NCBI GenBank assembly: GCA_964016885.1
Contig: OZ024752.1
Span: 7,130,001 to 7,194,000, forward strand
Reading direction: 5' to 3'
From: Eledone cirrhosa
Lineage: Eukaryota
DNA: 64,000 nt
Shown here: piece by piece, positions 40,968 to 53,499 of the stretch
Layout of the letters: each line of letters starts with the position of its first letter
Numbering within the stretch: position 1 is the stretch's first letter
The notes under the pieces: model-generated
What the model was told of the DNA's origin: nothing
The model's input: the letters and a program-made list of their open reading frames with translations, nothing else
Databases searched by the model: none
Position numbers and translations under genes: made by a program

Positions 40968-41744
40968 AAGCATATAATTTTAATTTGTAAATACGTTTTC
41001 ATTGACGAAAGTAGTGTGCAGGTATATACAAGATAATCAACAGGTGCTCCTGTTATTTAGACTATGCTGTGGTGTTAGAAAAAAAAAAAAAACGATATTT
41101 AGATAAACGTTCTCTCTCAATTTTTCTCTCTTTTCACACAAACAACCAGGAACATAGTAGCTATTGTATGTCCATAACCTAAATAACGTTTTAAATAATA
41201 ATCACATATAACAATATCAAATTGAGTTTAGGAAATAGAAAAAAATATTCTCTGAAAAATCACGGCTTGCGGAATACGAAGTTAATTTCTATCTATATAA
41301 TTCAAAGAAATATTTTTAAACTATATATTGAGGCTTAAATCTCTGCACTTTTACAGGCTTTATATATTGTTTTATCTCAAGACAAAAACTGTAAAGAGGC
41401 ATTAGATTAGTGATAAGTGAGGACACTTGTAGATAAGTAGTGTAGGAGAGAGATAGCTGGGCTGGGGCTTACACCATTGCTATTTGTTAGGTAAATAGCA
41501 ATGTAGTTAAGGTAGATTCAAAAAAGCACAACACGTACTATTGACAGGAGATTAGAGAGGCTATGAGAAGGCCATTAAAAGGAAGATGTGGGGTCAATTA
41601 CCAAGAGATATTTACTTGGAAGATCATAGTAAAAAGATTTAATTCAGATTTAATGAAACAAATAAATCATAAGATAAAGTACGTATTAAATATAAAATAT
41701 ATAATAAACAATGATTCGATATGTTGAATAAACGGTGAGATGGC

Positions 41745-42269
41745 GGAGAGTGTGTGTGTGTGTATGTATGTGAGTGTATGTATGTGAGTGTATGTATGTG
41801 AATGTATGTATGTGAATGTATGTATGTTAGTAAATGTAAGTATGTTAGTGTATGTAAGTATGTTAGTGTATGTAAGTAAATGCATGTGTGTTACTGTATG
41901 TATGTGAGTGAATGTGTGCGTGTTAGTGTATATATGTTTATAAATAATGAAATTATTGCGTACAGTGCTCAGGTGCATTACAACTGTATGTTAGTGTGAG
42001 TACGTGTATGTGCGCTGCTGTATGTGTATGTAAGTATATGTATGATAGTATATGCATGTGTATGTGGCTGTAAGTATGTGTATGTTGCTGTAAGTATGTG
42101 TATGTGGCTGTAAGTATGTGTATGTGGCTGTAAGTATGTGTATGTTGCTGTAAGTATGTGTATGTTGCTGTAAGTATGTGTATGTTGCTGTAAGTATGTG
42201 TATGTGTCAGTGTATGTTAAAAGAGATAGTAAATAAATGAGAAATGTCGGAAGAGAATACGAGTAAGTG

Positions 42270-42301
<32 letters not shown>

Positions 42302-42326
42302 GAGTGAGTGTATATATAGATAAAGA

Positions 42327-42362
<36 letters not shown>

Positions 42363-42386
42363 AGTGAGTGTATATATAGATAAAGA

Positions 42387-42425
<39 letters not shown>

Positions 42426-42541
42426 TTAGTATGTCAACGGGGACGAAAGGTAAATGACTTTCTGGTGTATATAGTAAATGTATGCCGGCATAGATAGTGG
42501 CGGTGTAGAGGACAGTGTGGTGTGTGGTGTATCGGTAGATA

Positions 42542-42572
<31 letters not shown>

Positions 42573-42888
42573 CCAGTAGATATAGTGTGTGTGGTGTGTC
42601 GGTAGATATAGTGTGTGTGTGTGTGTCGGTAGATATAGTGTGTGTGTGTGTCGGTAGATATAGTGTGTGTGGTGTGTCGGTAGATATAGTGTGTGTGGTG
42701 TGTCGGTAGATATAGTGTGTGTGGTGTGTCGGTAGATATAGTGTGTGTGCGAGTATCGCTGGATATAGTGTGTTTGTCGGTTGATACAGAGTAACAGTAT
42801 GTGTGTGTGTCGGTGGCTATAGTATGTGTCGGCAGATATAGTGTGTGTGCGTGTGTCGTCAAATATAGTGTGTGTGTGTCGGCAGATA

Positions 42889-42945
<57 letters not shown>

Positions 42946-43245
42946 GGCAGATATAGTGTGTGTGTGTGTCGGCAGATATAGTGTGTGTGTGTGTGTGTGT
43001 GTGTCGGGGGGACATCGGAGTATATCTGTATGAATGAATTCGGGGGGGGGGGGCTATATAAGAGTATATCTGTAATTATGTGTATGAATGTCGGGGAGGG
43101 GGGGATATCGAAGTGTGAGTGTATGTGTGTGTCAGTGTGTGTCAGTGTATGTGTGTGTCAGAGAGTGTGTGAGAGTGTCAGTGTGTGTGTGTGTGTGTCA
43201 GTGTGTGTGTATGTGTGTCAGTGTGTGTGTGTGTGTGTGTCAGTT
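41745..43245. repeat. Cluster of TG/TA-rich micro- and minisatellites
   Basis: Includes a 20-bp TATGTGGCTGTAAGTATGTG array and GTCGGTAGATATAGTGTGTGT units; a ~45-bp CR1 3'-end remnant lies at 41942-41985. Confidence 0.9.
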
Positions 43246-43335
43246 CGTTACAGGTAGATAAAAAACGACTTCTTTTTTACGGGAGAAATAAATAAAAAGG
43301 TTGTTTTTTTTTATGAATGCAATGTTGGAACTTAC

Positions 43336-43786
43336 CTGAACGTAAGGTTTTAACAAGTACAGGAGCTCCATTCTGGCTAACCTGCTTTAGCCAGATATTG
43401 ACATCTCTTAGTGTATATCCTGATACTTTCTGTCCTTGGATCTCCAAGATTAAATCATCTGAATGTAGTTTTCCACCGGAATGATATTTCACTTCTTCAT
43501 GACGAACATCTCCAACATAACAAAAAAAGCCCGTGTCAGCACCGCCCCTAATGGCAATTGAACAACCCTGGCCACCACCACTATCGGAAGGGACAGATAC
43601 GACTGTCTCTTGGAGTCTTGAACTCCAGTGTTTCACATCTTTTTTTATAGGTGGAGGCAATAACTTATTGTTGACGGGTGGTGGAAGGGCTTTGTTCTGT
43701 GGCTGCTGTAGATGATGTGACAGTTGAGACGATGGCATAGAAGCTGAGGAGGAAGAAATACCGGACGACTGTCGGTTTTTATGCAT
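43336..43786 (-). CDS. MAGI: First coding exon of a MAGI-family scaffold (membrane-associated guanylate kinase, WW and PDZ domain-containing); N-terminus plus PDZ0
   Basis: KHWSSRLQETVVS..IRGGADTGFFCYVG..GKLHSDDLILEIQGQKVSGYTLRDVNIWLK..PVLVKTLRSG matches the vertebrate MAGI1-3 N-terminal PDZ0 pattern (HW.S.V.E..GGAE.G.F..LLLEV..V.G....DV..P...K.V..G). ATG has A at -3. The exon ends at a consensus CAG|GTAAGT donor (phase 1) at 43336/43335. Confidence 0.92.
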
Positions 43787-44174
43787 GTTATCTGCTTAAT
43801 ATCAATATCAACAATAAAACAAACGAAGACAGACCCAAAAGTGCAGTAGGTAATATTTCCAGCATTGAGTCGCAATAAGATCCAAAATACGGGGGGAATA
43901 AATTTCCTTAAGGCTCGTTCGTCGTCGAAAATGCAGAAGATAGAAAAATAAAATAAAGTAAGAGAGATATCCTTGTGTTGTTTCTGTGCTGTGTTTCGGT
44001 GTCAGGGAAGAAGAAATGGAAAAGCAAAAAGCAGGCACCGAAAAATACAGACAGGGTGACGACTTTCGTCAGGTGTCGTCAATTAATAACCTTTTGTAGT
44101 GAGTTGTTTGGAAATACTTTGGGAAACTTGCAACAAGGAAAACATGAAGAGAAGTGGAAGAGAGAAAGTAAAAG
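43787..44174 (-). other. Probable 5' UTR portion of the MAGI exon
   Basis: Candidate acceptor CTGTTTTTCTCAG| at 44175-44187 on the minus strand; unique non-repeat sequence; not transcript-verified. Confidence 0.4.
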
Positions 44175-44629
44175 CTGAGAAAAACAGACGTTATAAATAG
44201 ATATATGTGCAGTGTACCAGTAAATATGTTTACTGTATACATGTGTAGTAAATAAATAATGTATGTCTAGAGGAGAGAAGCTAGGAAGAAATAATTGTTG
44301 CAGACCTTATATAGCAGCAGAGTAAAAATAAAAGACACGGCTAATTCGACATTTTCCTAGTGATGTTTAGATTATTATCATTAATATCCTGGTTAATTTC
44401 GAAAGCAGTGTGAGGAAGGGCAAGTGTCGTTTGAGTGATGTAGGAGATATACATAGAAAATAGCGGATAAGGCGTATGTTAATTGACGGTAAATAGTCAG
44501 GTGCCTGTCTCTCAATGACATTCACTCAACAAACACAACACAAGCTTTCCTTCCGATAACAGAAAAACATTATAATGGTCTCCTACTCTAGTCCACAGCA
44601 GACTGAGAGCCAGTTGTTATTTGAAAGAG

Positions 44630-45310
44630 ACGATAATGGTCACCGATGGACGGCGACAATGAGAGAGAGACCAGGTAGATAGAGAGGAAAGACCGAAAGT
44701 AAGCGGTGTATAGGATGTGAGGTTAGTCGGCCGACTTTGCAGCGGTTATAACGATAGCAATGATGCTCTTGTGCCAGCAGCAAAGGTAATATTAATCCAC
44801 ATGTCTTTGCATCAGCTACTAGTTCCAAGTTATTATTATTTTTTTTTTTTTTTTTAAATTAAATCAAATTGTAGTTCCGCACGGTGATGACACCTCGCGA
44901 ACACGAAAATATAAAGAAAAGGCGACCCTGGGGTCCGCGGCGGTGGAGAGTTTGCTTGTTTTTGTTTTGTTTTTCCGCAGCTTGTATTTCAAAGATTGAG
45001 GGTTTCTTGTTCTGCAAACATTGACTTCCACTCGGAACTATAGACGTCACTTCAAGAGAAGAAAAGCAGTCGGAAACGATACCAATATGAAGAGACGCCA
45101 GCTACAGATTGGCTAGCATACACAGTCGCCTTGTTCATTTTCCTTTCCTTTTTGGCCTTGGTGTGACAACGGGCGTTGTCGACGACAGGGACAAACCATT
45201 AAAGAGAGACGACAACAGCGTCTAAGGACACTGATTTAAATCTTCGCCATTGACAATCTTTCCGTACGCATGCGTGCTGCCAGGTACCCGTCCGTGTTGA
45301 TGAGAACGAA
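44630..45310. promoter_or_regulatory. Candidate MAGI promoter (CpG-enriched unique region)
   Basis: Visibly more CpG than flanks; NRF1-like ACGCATGCGT 45266-45275, YY1-like CGCCAT 45245-45250, CCAAT motifs at ~45082 (+) and ~45108 (-), CRE-like GACGTCA 45043-45049; located 0.9-1.5 kb upstream of the ATG. Confidence 0.55.
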
Positions 45311-46485
45311 AGAAAAAAACAATATTGAAAGGTTGACCGCCTTTATGAGTAATGCATTTTTACCTGTGTAAAATACTATTACTTTAACCCATATATTCAG
45401 AGCGGTATGAAAAGTAGAAATAATTATTTTTAACCTCTAGAAATTTCATATTTCTAAAATCTAATTAACTTTGTATGAAATGTATTTTACGCGTATGAAT
45501 TATTTTGAAAAACTTGGGGAAAAAATAAAAAATAAAAAAGTTCTTAAGTTGAAGCCGAGTAAAAAATGGCTTTATTGTTTAAACAAGAGTTGAAGTTTGT
45601 ATGATTTAATTTTTAAAAAAAACTATACTTTTCTGTTCATTAAAATAAATACATAAAATAAGTTTATTAGCAATCCAGGTGTACCACACACCTATATATA
45701 CAATAAGGTATATCATATATATATATATTTATTTAAGTAAGCTTACTACGTTCCGCTGAGTTAATGATGTCAAAAATCAACAGTCAGTAGTAAGTGTTGA
45801 ATTTGTCGTTAATCGAACAGTCACCCCATCTCCGCCCTCTTCACTAAACATTAGCGCACTGTGTCCAAGGGAGATAATTATAGCGCTTTTGTAACAATTT
45901 CTACCCAGATATTTGAAAAGTACAAGAAGTAGGATCTAAAATTATTGTACAGGTTGACCTTTTGTGATCACCTCAGCCCTTACCTGTTGGATATAACCTT
46001 TAATTATTTAATTTTTTTGTTTGTTGTTGTTCAGGTGTTTACAAATGATCTATTTCTATAGGTTATTTTTATAACATTATAGTATTTCTGGCTTAGTTTA
46101 TAAATGAAAGTTAACTATATATATTTTCTGTGTTAAAGCTAAAAGCGACTTCAGCCACTCTTACAACAAAATACCTTCACTAATGATAAGTTAGAAATCT
46201 AGGTCATCTAAGAGACATTTTCCTCTTTATACACATTCTTTCAGGTGTAACATTTTAAAATAAAAACTTGTTTACAAATCATATTATATTAAATTTCAAC
46301 GTAGGTATTTCATACATTTTTTTTTTTAATTGTATTTATTTGTTTATTTTTTAATAATATTTGATATGTGTGAAAAATAAGTTATTTTTTTTACTTTTTA
46401 AGGCTTGGCGCATTAAATCCCAAATATATTCCTAAATTATATAAACCCATACCTATATTTTTAGGGACAGTGTTCACCACTGTAA

Positions 46486-46622
46486 TATTAATAATTGTTT
46501 CTACTTTTGGCACAAGGCCGGCAATTATCCTCAGTTCATTACTGGTACTTTATTTTATCGACCCTGTAAGGATGAAAGGCAAAGTTAACCTCGGCGGGAT
46601 TTGAACTCAGATCGTAAAGGAC
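46486..46622 (-). mobile_element. tRNA-derived SINE, 5'-truncated
   Basis: Reverse complement of the family core and tail. Confidence 0.88.
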
Positions 46623-47744
46623 CGAATATTAATAATGAAATAAAATAAACAAAAAAGTTTGTATTGAGACAATTTTATTCATATAGAAAAATGAAAAAAT
46701 AAAAAGTTTTATTTCGTGGAACTGCAGCAATGTTGAATCTGGATAAAAGTCACATTTTAATGTAAATACTATTTAAAAAGAAGTAATTTATTTAAAACAG
46801 TGTAAGCTTAGATCTATAAAGACATAAAAGAAGAAAAAGATATTAAGCAACGAAAGTAGGGACTGACTGTATACTTGAATTCCAGGTTTAAACTTGTTAA
46901 CTCCCTAAATGGGACTTTTTCTCTCATTTTATTTCGATTGAGTTTGTTTGTTTTTTGAGGGGGCGGGGAGTCTTTAGACCGCCTCTCGTCCTTTTTAGGT
47001 CACTAAAAAAATACCAGTCTTGTACTAGAGTTGATTCTTTCTTATTTCCATTCCTCACACTTTATCCTTCTCTGGAATAATTCTGCTCTGTTCAAAGCTG
47101 GCGAGGGAATGGGCTCCTCCAGGTTTTAAAATACCCTAGAAACGCTGTATATCAATATAGCGCCATTTACGACCCCTTCAGGTGTTACGGGACCATACAG
47201 ACAGACTCGCTTCCCAATCATTTGGTCCCGAGTTCGATCTCAGTACGTGATACATTGGGCAAGTGAAATTTCATAGCCAGCCGTTCTCTTGAGTGGACAA
47301 CTGTAATACTCATCGTCGAAACAGACGGAGGTCCCGTTTTTTATTTGCGATATTGGTGGTGGTGGTGGTGGTGGTGGTGGTGGTGATGTTGTGGTGGTGG
47401 TGGTGATGGTGGTGTTGGGGGGGGGACGACATGTCTATATTTTCTAGTTTTCAAATTAATCTTTTTAAATAGGAAGAACATGGGAAATATCAAAGAAAAC
47501 GTTATAAAGCTAAACTAGAATTATTTACCAAATCTAACCGTGACCATCACGTCTTTTATTTAGTATTGTGTATATATGATTAATCAATGAAAATAAAAGT
47601 AGTCCTACCTAAAAGGTTTAAACTGGGATTTCAGTGTTTTCAGGTGGGTCGAGGTTTCTTATATCTGTTTGAATGGGTTTTAAATATATTAACCCTTTTT
47701 TAATGGTATTTAAATAAATAAACTGTAACTTTCTCTCCTTTTGA

Positions 47745-47950
47745 CAGAGAATCGCTGGACAGATTTTACGAGCAAAACCAACCGGGAGGAGACCCAGGAG
47801 TAAAGGTTGGATAACATCAATGAACTTGGTTGGTCTCGCTTGGGGATCCAGTCGGATCAACTGGAGATGGTTGCTTCTGACAGGACCTGGAAGGAGTGTT
47901 TGAAGACCCCACGGCCCTCTCAGGAATAAGTGAGCGAAGTAGAAGAAGAA
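47745..47950 (+). mobile_element. RTE-clade LINE 3' end with (GAA)n tail
   Basis: RIAGQILRAKPTGRRPR..WITSM/LDNINELGWSRLG; same family as 9185-9510. Confidence 0.78.
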
Positions 47951-48097
47951 AATTCTCCCTTGAGACTTTTTTCACAGATTCATTATACAATGCTTTCTTC
48001 GTTTCTCAATTTCAATTAATTAATAACGAATTTATGAAGAGATTTACTCAAATAATTAATTTACTTCTTTATTAAAATAGCATTTGTATAACTCTTT

Positions 48098-48222
48098 ATG
48101 TTCTGAGTTCAAATCCCGCCGAGGTTAACTTTGCCTTTCATCTTTACGGGGTTGATAAAATAAAGTACCAGTAATGCACTGAGTAATTGCTGGCCTTGTG
48201 CAAAATATAAAAACAATTATTA
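48098..48222 (+). mobile_element. tRNA-derived SINE, 5'-truncated
   Basis: B-box, core and tail match the family. Confidence 0.87.
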
Positions 48223-48474
48223 AGATGTCATTTGTAACATAATCTAACAAACGGATTTAATATCAAATTATGGTTGGAAGGTTTTAATGGGTGGTTATTT
48301 TTCATGGAAGCAGAAGGGGTGTGATTTGAGGGAGATTTGACTGCTATTTCTAGCATGTTTCCCCAGTCAGCGGAGCCCGATCAATGTTAAATATGTTTTA
48401 CTCAAGTGTAAAAAACAACACAACAATAGTTCTTTTGTCGCAATATAGAGGAAAGGGGAGGGTGGGAATAGACA

Positions 48475-48643
48475 GTACTACTACTACTGGTACTACTACT
48501 ACTACTGGTACTACTAATACTGGTACTACTACTACTACTGGTACTACTACTACTACTACTACTACTGGTACTACTAATACTGGTACTACTACTACTACTG
48601 GTGCTACTACTACTACTACTACTACTACTGGTACTACTGGAAA

Positions 48644-48677
<34 letters not shown>

Positions 48678-49043
48678 GGTACTACTACTACTGGTACTAC
48701 TACTACTAGTACTACCGCTACTACTACTACTACTACTACTACTACTGGTACTACTACTACTACTACTGGTACTACTACTACTACTGGTACTACTACTACT
48801 ACTACTAGTACTACTACTACTACTACTACTGCTACTACTACTTCTAACACTACCACTACTACTACTACTGGTACTACTAACACTACTACTACTACTACTA
48901 CTGGTACTACTACTGCTACTACTCACACTACCACTACTACTACTACTACTGCTAATACTATTACTACTAACACTACTACTACTACTACTACCACCACTAC
49001 TACCACCACTACTACTACCACTACCATCACTACTACTACTACC

Positions 49044-49074
<31 letters not shown>

Positions 49075-49334
49075 ACACTACTACTACTACTACTATCACA
49101 ACTACCACTACTACTACCACTACTACTACTACTGCTACTACTACTAACACTACTACTACTATTACTACTACTACTACTAACACTACCGCTACTACTACTA
49201 TTACTGCTACCACCACCACTACCACCACCACCACTACTACTACTACTAACAGCACTACTATTACTACTACTACTAACACTACTACTACCAGCACCACCAC
49301 TACCACCACCACTACTACCACTACTACTACTACT
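48475..49334. repeat. (ACT)n/(ACC)n trinucleotide tract
   Basis: Low complexity; source of the poly-T/S/L/V ORFs. Confidence 0.95.
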
Positions 49335-49476
49335 TGTTGTTTTTAACCTTAACAGAAATAAAAGTAAAAATGACCCTGGGGCTAAATAAACTTTATCACA
49401 TTCAAATCTATAGTTAGCCACAGGACCGTAAAGTCATGAGTTCAATTCCTAGATCAGGCTTGTATTGTCTTCAAGA

Positions 49477-49640
49477 CAGAGGTTCCAAACTTCTTGGTCC
49501 ACACCACCACTCACGGCCACATAATACCCTCAACCGCCCCCCCTCATGGCCACATAATACCCTCAGCGCCCTCCCCTAGCCCTATTTCCAGAGAGACCTA
49601 CCTACAGGTAAGCTGTAAATAATATATAATAAATAACAGT
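49477..49640 (-). mobile_element. End of a hAT-like MITE (family C) with ~2 internal ~28-bp units
   Basis: Starts CAGAGGTTCCAAAC; the internal GGCCACATAATACCCTCA units and CCCTATTTCCAGAGAG..GTAAATAATATATAATAAAT are the reverse complement of 61700-61860. Confidence 0.65.
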
Positions 49641-50337
49641 GTTAATCTATAACTATCTAGGACAGGTAAAATTCCTGAGATGGTTTTTTTCAATGGCTGA
49701 TAATACCTTACCTGCGCCACTCAAATAAGGTAATTATTTACCCTAACAAGTACTACTCCAGAGCAGACCTGGAAGTAATCTATATATAATAAATTATGTG
49801 TTATACTTTGGGAGGGTCATGTTTGCAATAGAAACACATGCACCTCTTGGTTTCCACTTCAATTTATTATAAATTTCCGGTTGGATGGTTGGTTCAGTAA
49901 CTGGATGGTTAATTATATATTATCAAAACACTTTCGTCACACATTCTGTGACCTCCTCAGTGACTCGTTTCTTATTTTGTGTCTCTCCTTTGATGGCAGT
50001 TTTGGTAGTGGTGGTGGTGTGGTGGTAGTTTTGGTAGTGGTGGTGTGGTGGTGTGGTGGCAGTTTTGGTGGTGGTGTGGTGGTAGCTTTGGTATGCTGAG
50101 AAAGAGGAAGATTTAGCAGATTCTATTTCTAATACGTTTGGAGCAAGGTTTCCAGGTGTTTACCATTGGCAGGTGTAGTTGTAGTACATCTGATGTATAA
50201 GACTGATGGAGTGTAAGGGAGGTAACTATCATGCTGCAGCTGTATGTCATCATCATCATCATCATCAACATTTAATGTCTATTTTCCCTGCGTCATCGGT
50301 GAGATGGGATGTCATGTTATGTGGCTAGACAGCTCTG

Positions 50338-53300
50338 GTAACAATAAGAGATCAGTTGCTGCTGTGATAACAATAAGAGATCAGTTGCTGCTGTGATAAC
50401 AATAAGAGATCAGTTGCTGCTGTGATAACAATAAGAGATCAGTTGCTGCTGTGATAACAATAAGAGATCAGTTATTGCTGTGATAACAATAAGAGATCAG
50501 TTGCTGCTGTGATAACAATAAGAGGTCAGTTGCTGCTGTGATAACAATAAGAGATCAGTTGCTGCTGTGATAACAGTAAGAGGTCACTTGCTGCTGTGAT
50601 AACAATAAGAGATCAGTTGCTGCTATGATAACAGTAAGAGATCAGTTGCTGTTGTGATAACAATAAGAGATCAGTTGCTGCTGTGATAACAATAAGAGAT
50701 CAGTTATTGCTGTGATAACAATAAGAGATCAGTTGCTGCTGTGATAACAATAAGAGGTCAGTTGCTGCTGTGATAACAATAAGAGATCAGTTATTGCTGT
50801 GATAACAATAAGAGATCAGTTGCTGCTGTGATAACAATAAGAGGTCAGTTGCTGCTGTGATAACAATAAGAGATCAGTTGCTGCTGTGATAACAATAAGA
50901 GATCAGTTGCTGCTGTGATAACAATAAGAGATCAGTTATTGCTGTGATAACAATAAGAGATCAGTTGCTGCTGTGATAACAATAAGAGGTCAGTTGCTGC
51001 TGTGATAACAATAAGAGGTCAGTTGCTGCTGTGATAATAATAAGAGATCAGTTGCTGCTGTGATAACAATAAGAGATCAGTTGCTGCTATGATAACAGTA
51101 AGAGATCAGTTGCTGTTGTGATAACAATAAGAGATCAGTTGCTGCTGTGATAACAATAAGAGATCAGTTATTGCTGTGATAACAATAAGAGATCAGTTGC
51201 TGCTGTGATAACAATAAGAGGTCAGTTGCTGCTGTGATAACAATAAGAGATCAGTTATTGCTGTGATAACAATAAGAGATCAGTTGCTGCTGTGATAACA
51301 ATAAGAGGTCAGTTGCTGCTGTGATAACAATAAGAGATCAGTTGCTGCTGTGATAACAATAAGAGATCAGTTGCTGCTGTGATAACAATAAGAGATCAGT
51401 TATTGCTGTGATAACAATAAGAGATCAGTTGCTGCTGTGATAACAATAAGAGGTCAGTTGCTGCTGTGATAACAATAAGAGGTCAGTTGCTGCTGTGATA
51501 ACAATAAGAGATCAGTTGCTGCTGTGATAACAATAAGAGATCAGTTGCTGCTGTGATAACAATAAGAGATCAGTTGCTGTTGTGATAACAGTAAGAGGTC
51601 AGTTGCTGCTGTGATAACAAGAGGTCAGTTGCTGCTGTGATAACAATAAGAGGTCAGTTGCTGCTGTGATAACAATAAGAGATCAGTTGTTGCTGTGATA
51701 ACAATAAGAGATCAGTTGCTGCTGTGATAACAGTAAGAGGTCACTTGCTGCTGTGATAACAATAAGAGATCAGTTGCTGCTGTGATAACAATAAGAGATC
51801 AGTTGCTGTTGTGATAACAATAAGAGGTCAGTTGCTGCTGTGATAACAATAAGAGGTCAGTTGCTGCTGTGATAACAATAAGAGATCAGTTATTGCTGTG
51901 ATAACAATAAGAGATCAGTTGCTGCTGTGATAACAATAAGAGGTCAGTTGCTGCTGTGATAACAATAAGAGATCAGTTGCTGCTGTGATAACAATAAGAG
52001 ATCAGTTGCTTCTGTGATAACAATAAGAGATCAGTTGCTGTTGTGATAACAATAAGAGGTCAGTTGCTGCTGTGATAACAGTAAGAGGTCAGTAGCTGCT
52101 GTGATAACAATAAGAGGTCAGTTGCTGCTGTGATAACAATAAGAGGTCAGTTGCTGCTGTGATAACAGTAAGAGGTCAATTGCTGCTGTGATAACAATAA
52201 GAGGTCAGTTGCTGCTGTGATAACAATAAGAGATCAGTTGCTTCTGTGATAACAATAAGAGGTCAGATGCTGCTGTGATAACAATAAGAGGTCAGTTGCT
52301 GCTGTGATAACAATAAGAGGTCAGTTGCTGCTGTGATAACAATAAGAGATCAGTTGCTGCTGTGATAACAATAAGAGATCAGTTGCTGCTGTGATAACAA
52401 TAAGAGATCAGTTGCTGTTGTCATAACAGTAAGAGGTCAGTTGCTGCTGTGATAACAATAAGAGGTCAGTTGCTGCTGTGATAACAATAAGAGGTCAGTT
52501 GCTGCTGTGATAACAATAAGAGATCAGTTGTTGCTGTGATAACAATAAGAGATCAGTTGCTGCTGTGATAACAGTAAGAGGTCACTTGCTGCTGTGATAA
52601 CAATAAGAGATCAGTTGCTGCTGTGATAACAATAAGAGGTCAGTTGCTGCTGTGATAACAATAAGAGATCAGTTGTTGCTGTGATAACAATAAGAGATCA
52701 GTTGCTGCTGTGATAACAGTAAGAGGTCACTTGCTGCTGTGATAACAATAAGAGATCAGTTGCTGCTGTGATAACAATAAGAGGTCAGTTGCTGCTGTGA
52801 TAACAATAAGAGGTCAGTTGCTGCTGTGATAACAATAAGAGATCAGTTGGTGCTGTGATAACAATAAGAGATCAGTTGGTGCTGTGATAACAATAAGAGA
52901 TCAGTTGGTGCTGTGATAACAATAGGAGGTCAGTTGCTGCTGTGATAACAATAAGAGGTCAGTTGCTGTTATGATAACAATAAGAGGTCAGTTGCTGCTG
53001 TGATAACAGTAAGAGGTCAGTTGCTGCTGTGATAACAATAAGAGATCAGTTGCTGCTGTGATAACAATAAGAGGTCAGTTGCTGTTATGATAACAATAGA
53101 AGGTCAGTTGCTGCTGTGATAACAATAAGAGGTCAGTTGCTGTTATGATAACAATAAGAGGTCAGTTGCTGCTGTGATAACAATAGGAGGTCAGTTGCTG
53201 CTGTGATAACAATAAGAGGTCAGTTGCTGTTATGATAACAATAAGAGGTCTGTTGCTGCTGTGATAACAGTAAGAGGTCAGTTGCTGCTGTGATAACAAT

Positions 53301-53372
53301 AAGAGGTCAGTTGCTGCTGTGATAACAATAAGAGGTCAGTTGCTGCTGTGATAACAATAAGAGGTCAGTTAT
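50338..53372. repeat. Satellite array, 29-bp unit (GATAACAATAAGAGATCAGTTGCTGCTGT), ~104 copies
   Basis: Direct tandem periodicity. Confidence 0.97.
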
Positions 53373-53499
53373 TTACTTGTTAAATTACTGACCTCTTTCA
53401 TTGCTCAGTGAACCGAGACAAATTAGTGATGTCATATCTTATTATGTCATGCATGAAGGCCATTGGTTTCACCTGGTTGAGCATCTCGACTGACACATC

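Noticed and set aside
43277-43335. C-terminal part (KFQHCIHKKKQPFYLFLP) of the 169-aa ORF
   Set aside because: Lies beyond the GTAAGT donor; intronic read-through
48384-49421. Mucin-like poly-Thr or poly-Ser ORFs
   Set aside because: (ACT)n tract open in several frames on both strands; no flanking domains or splice support
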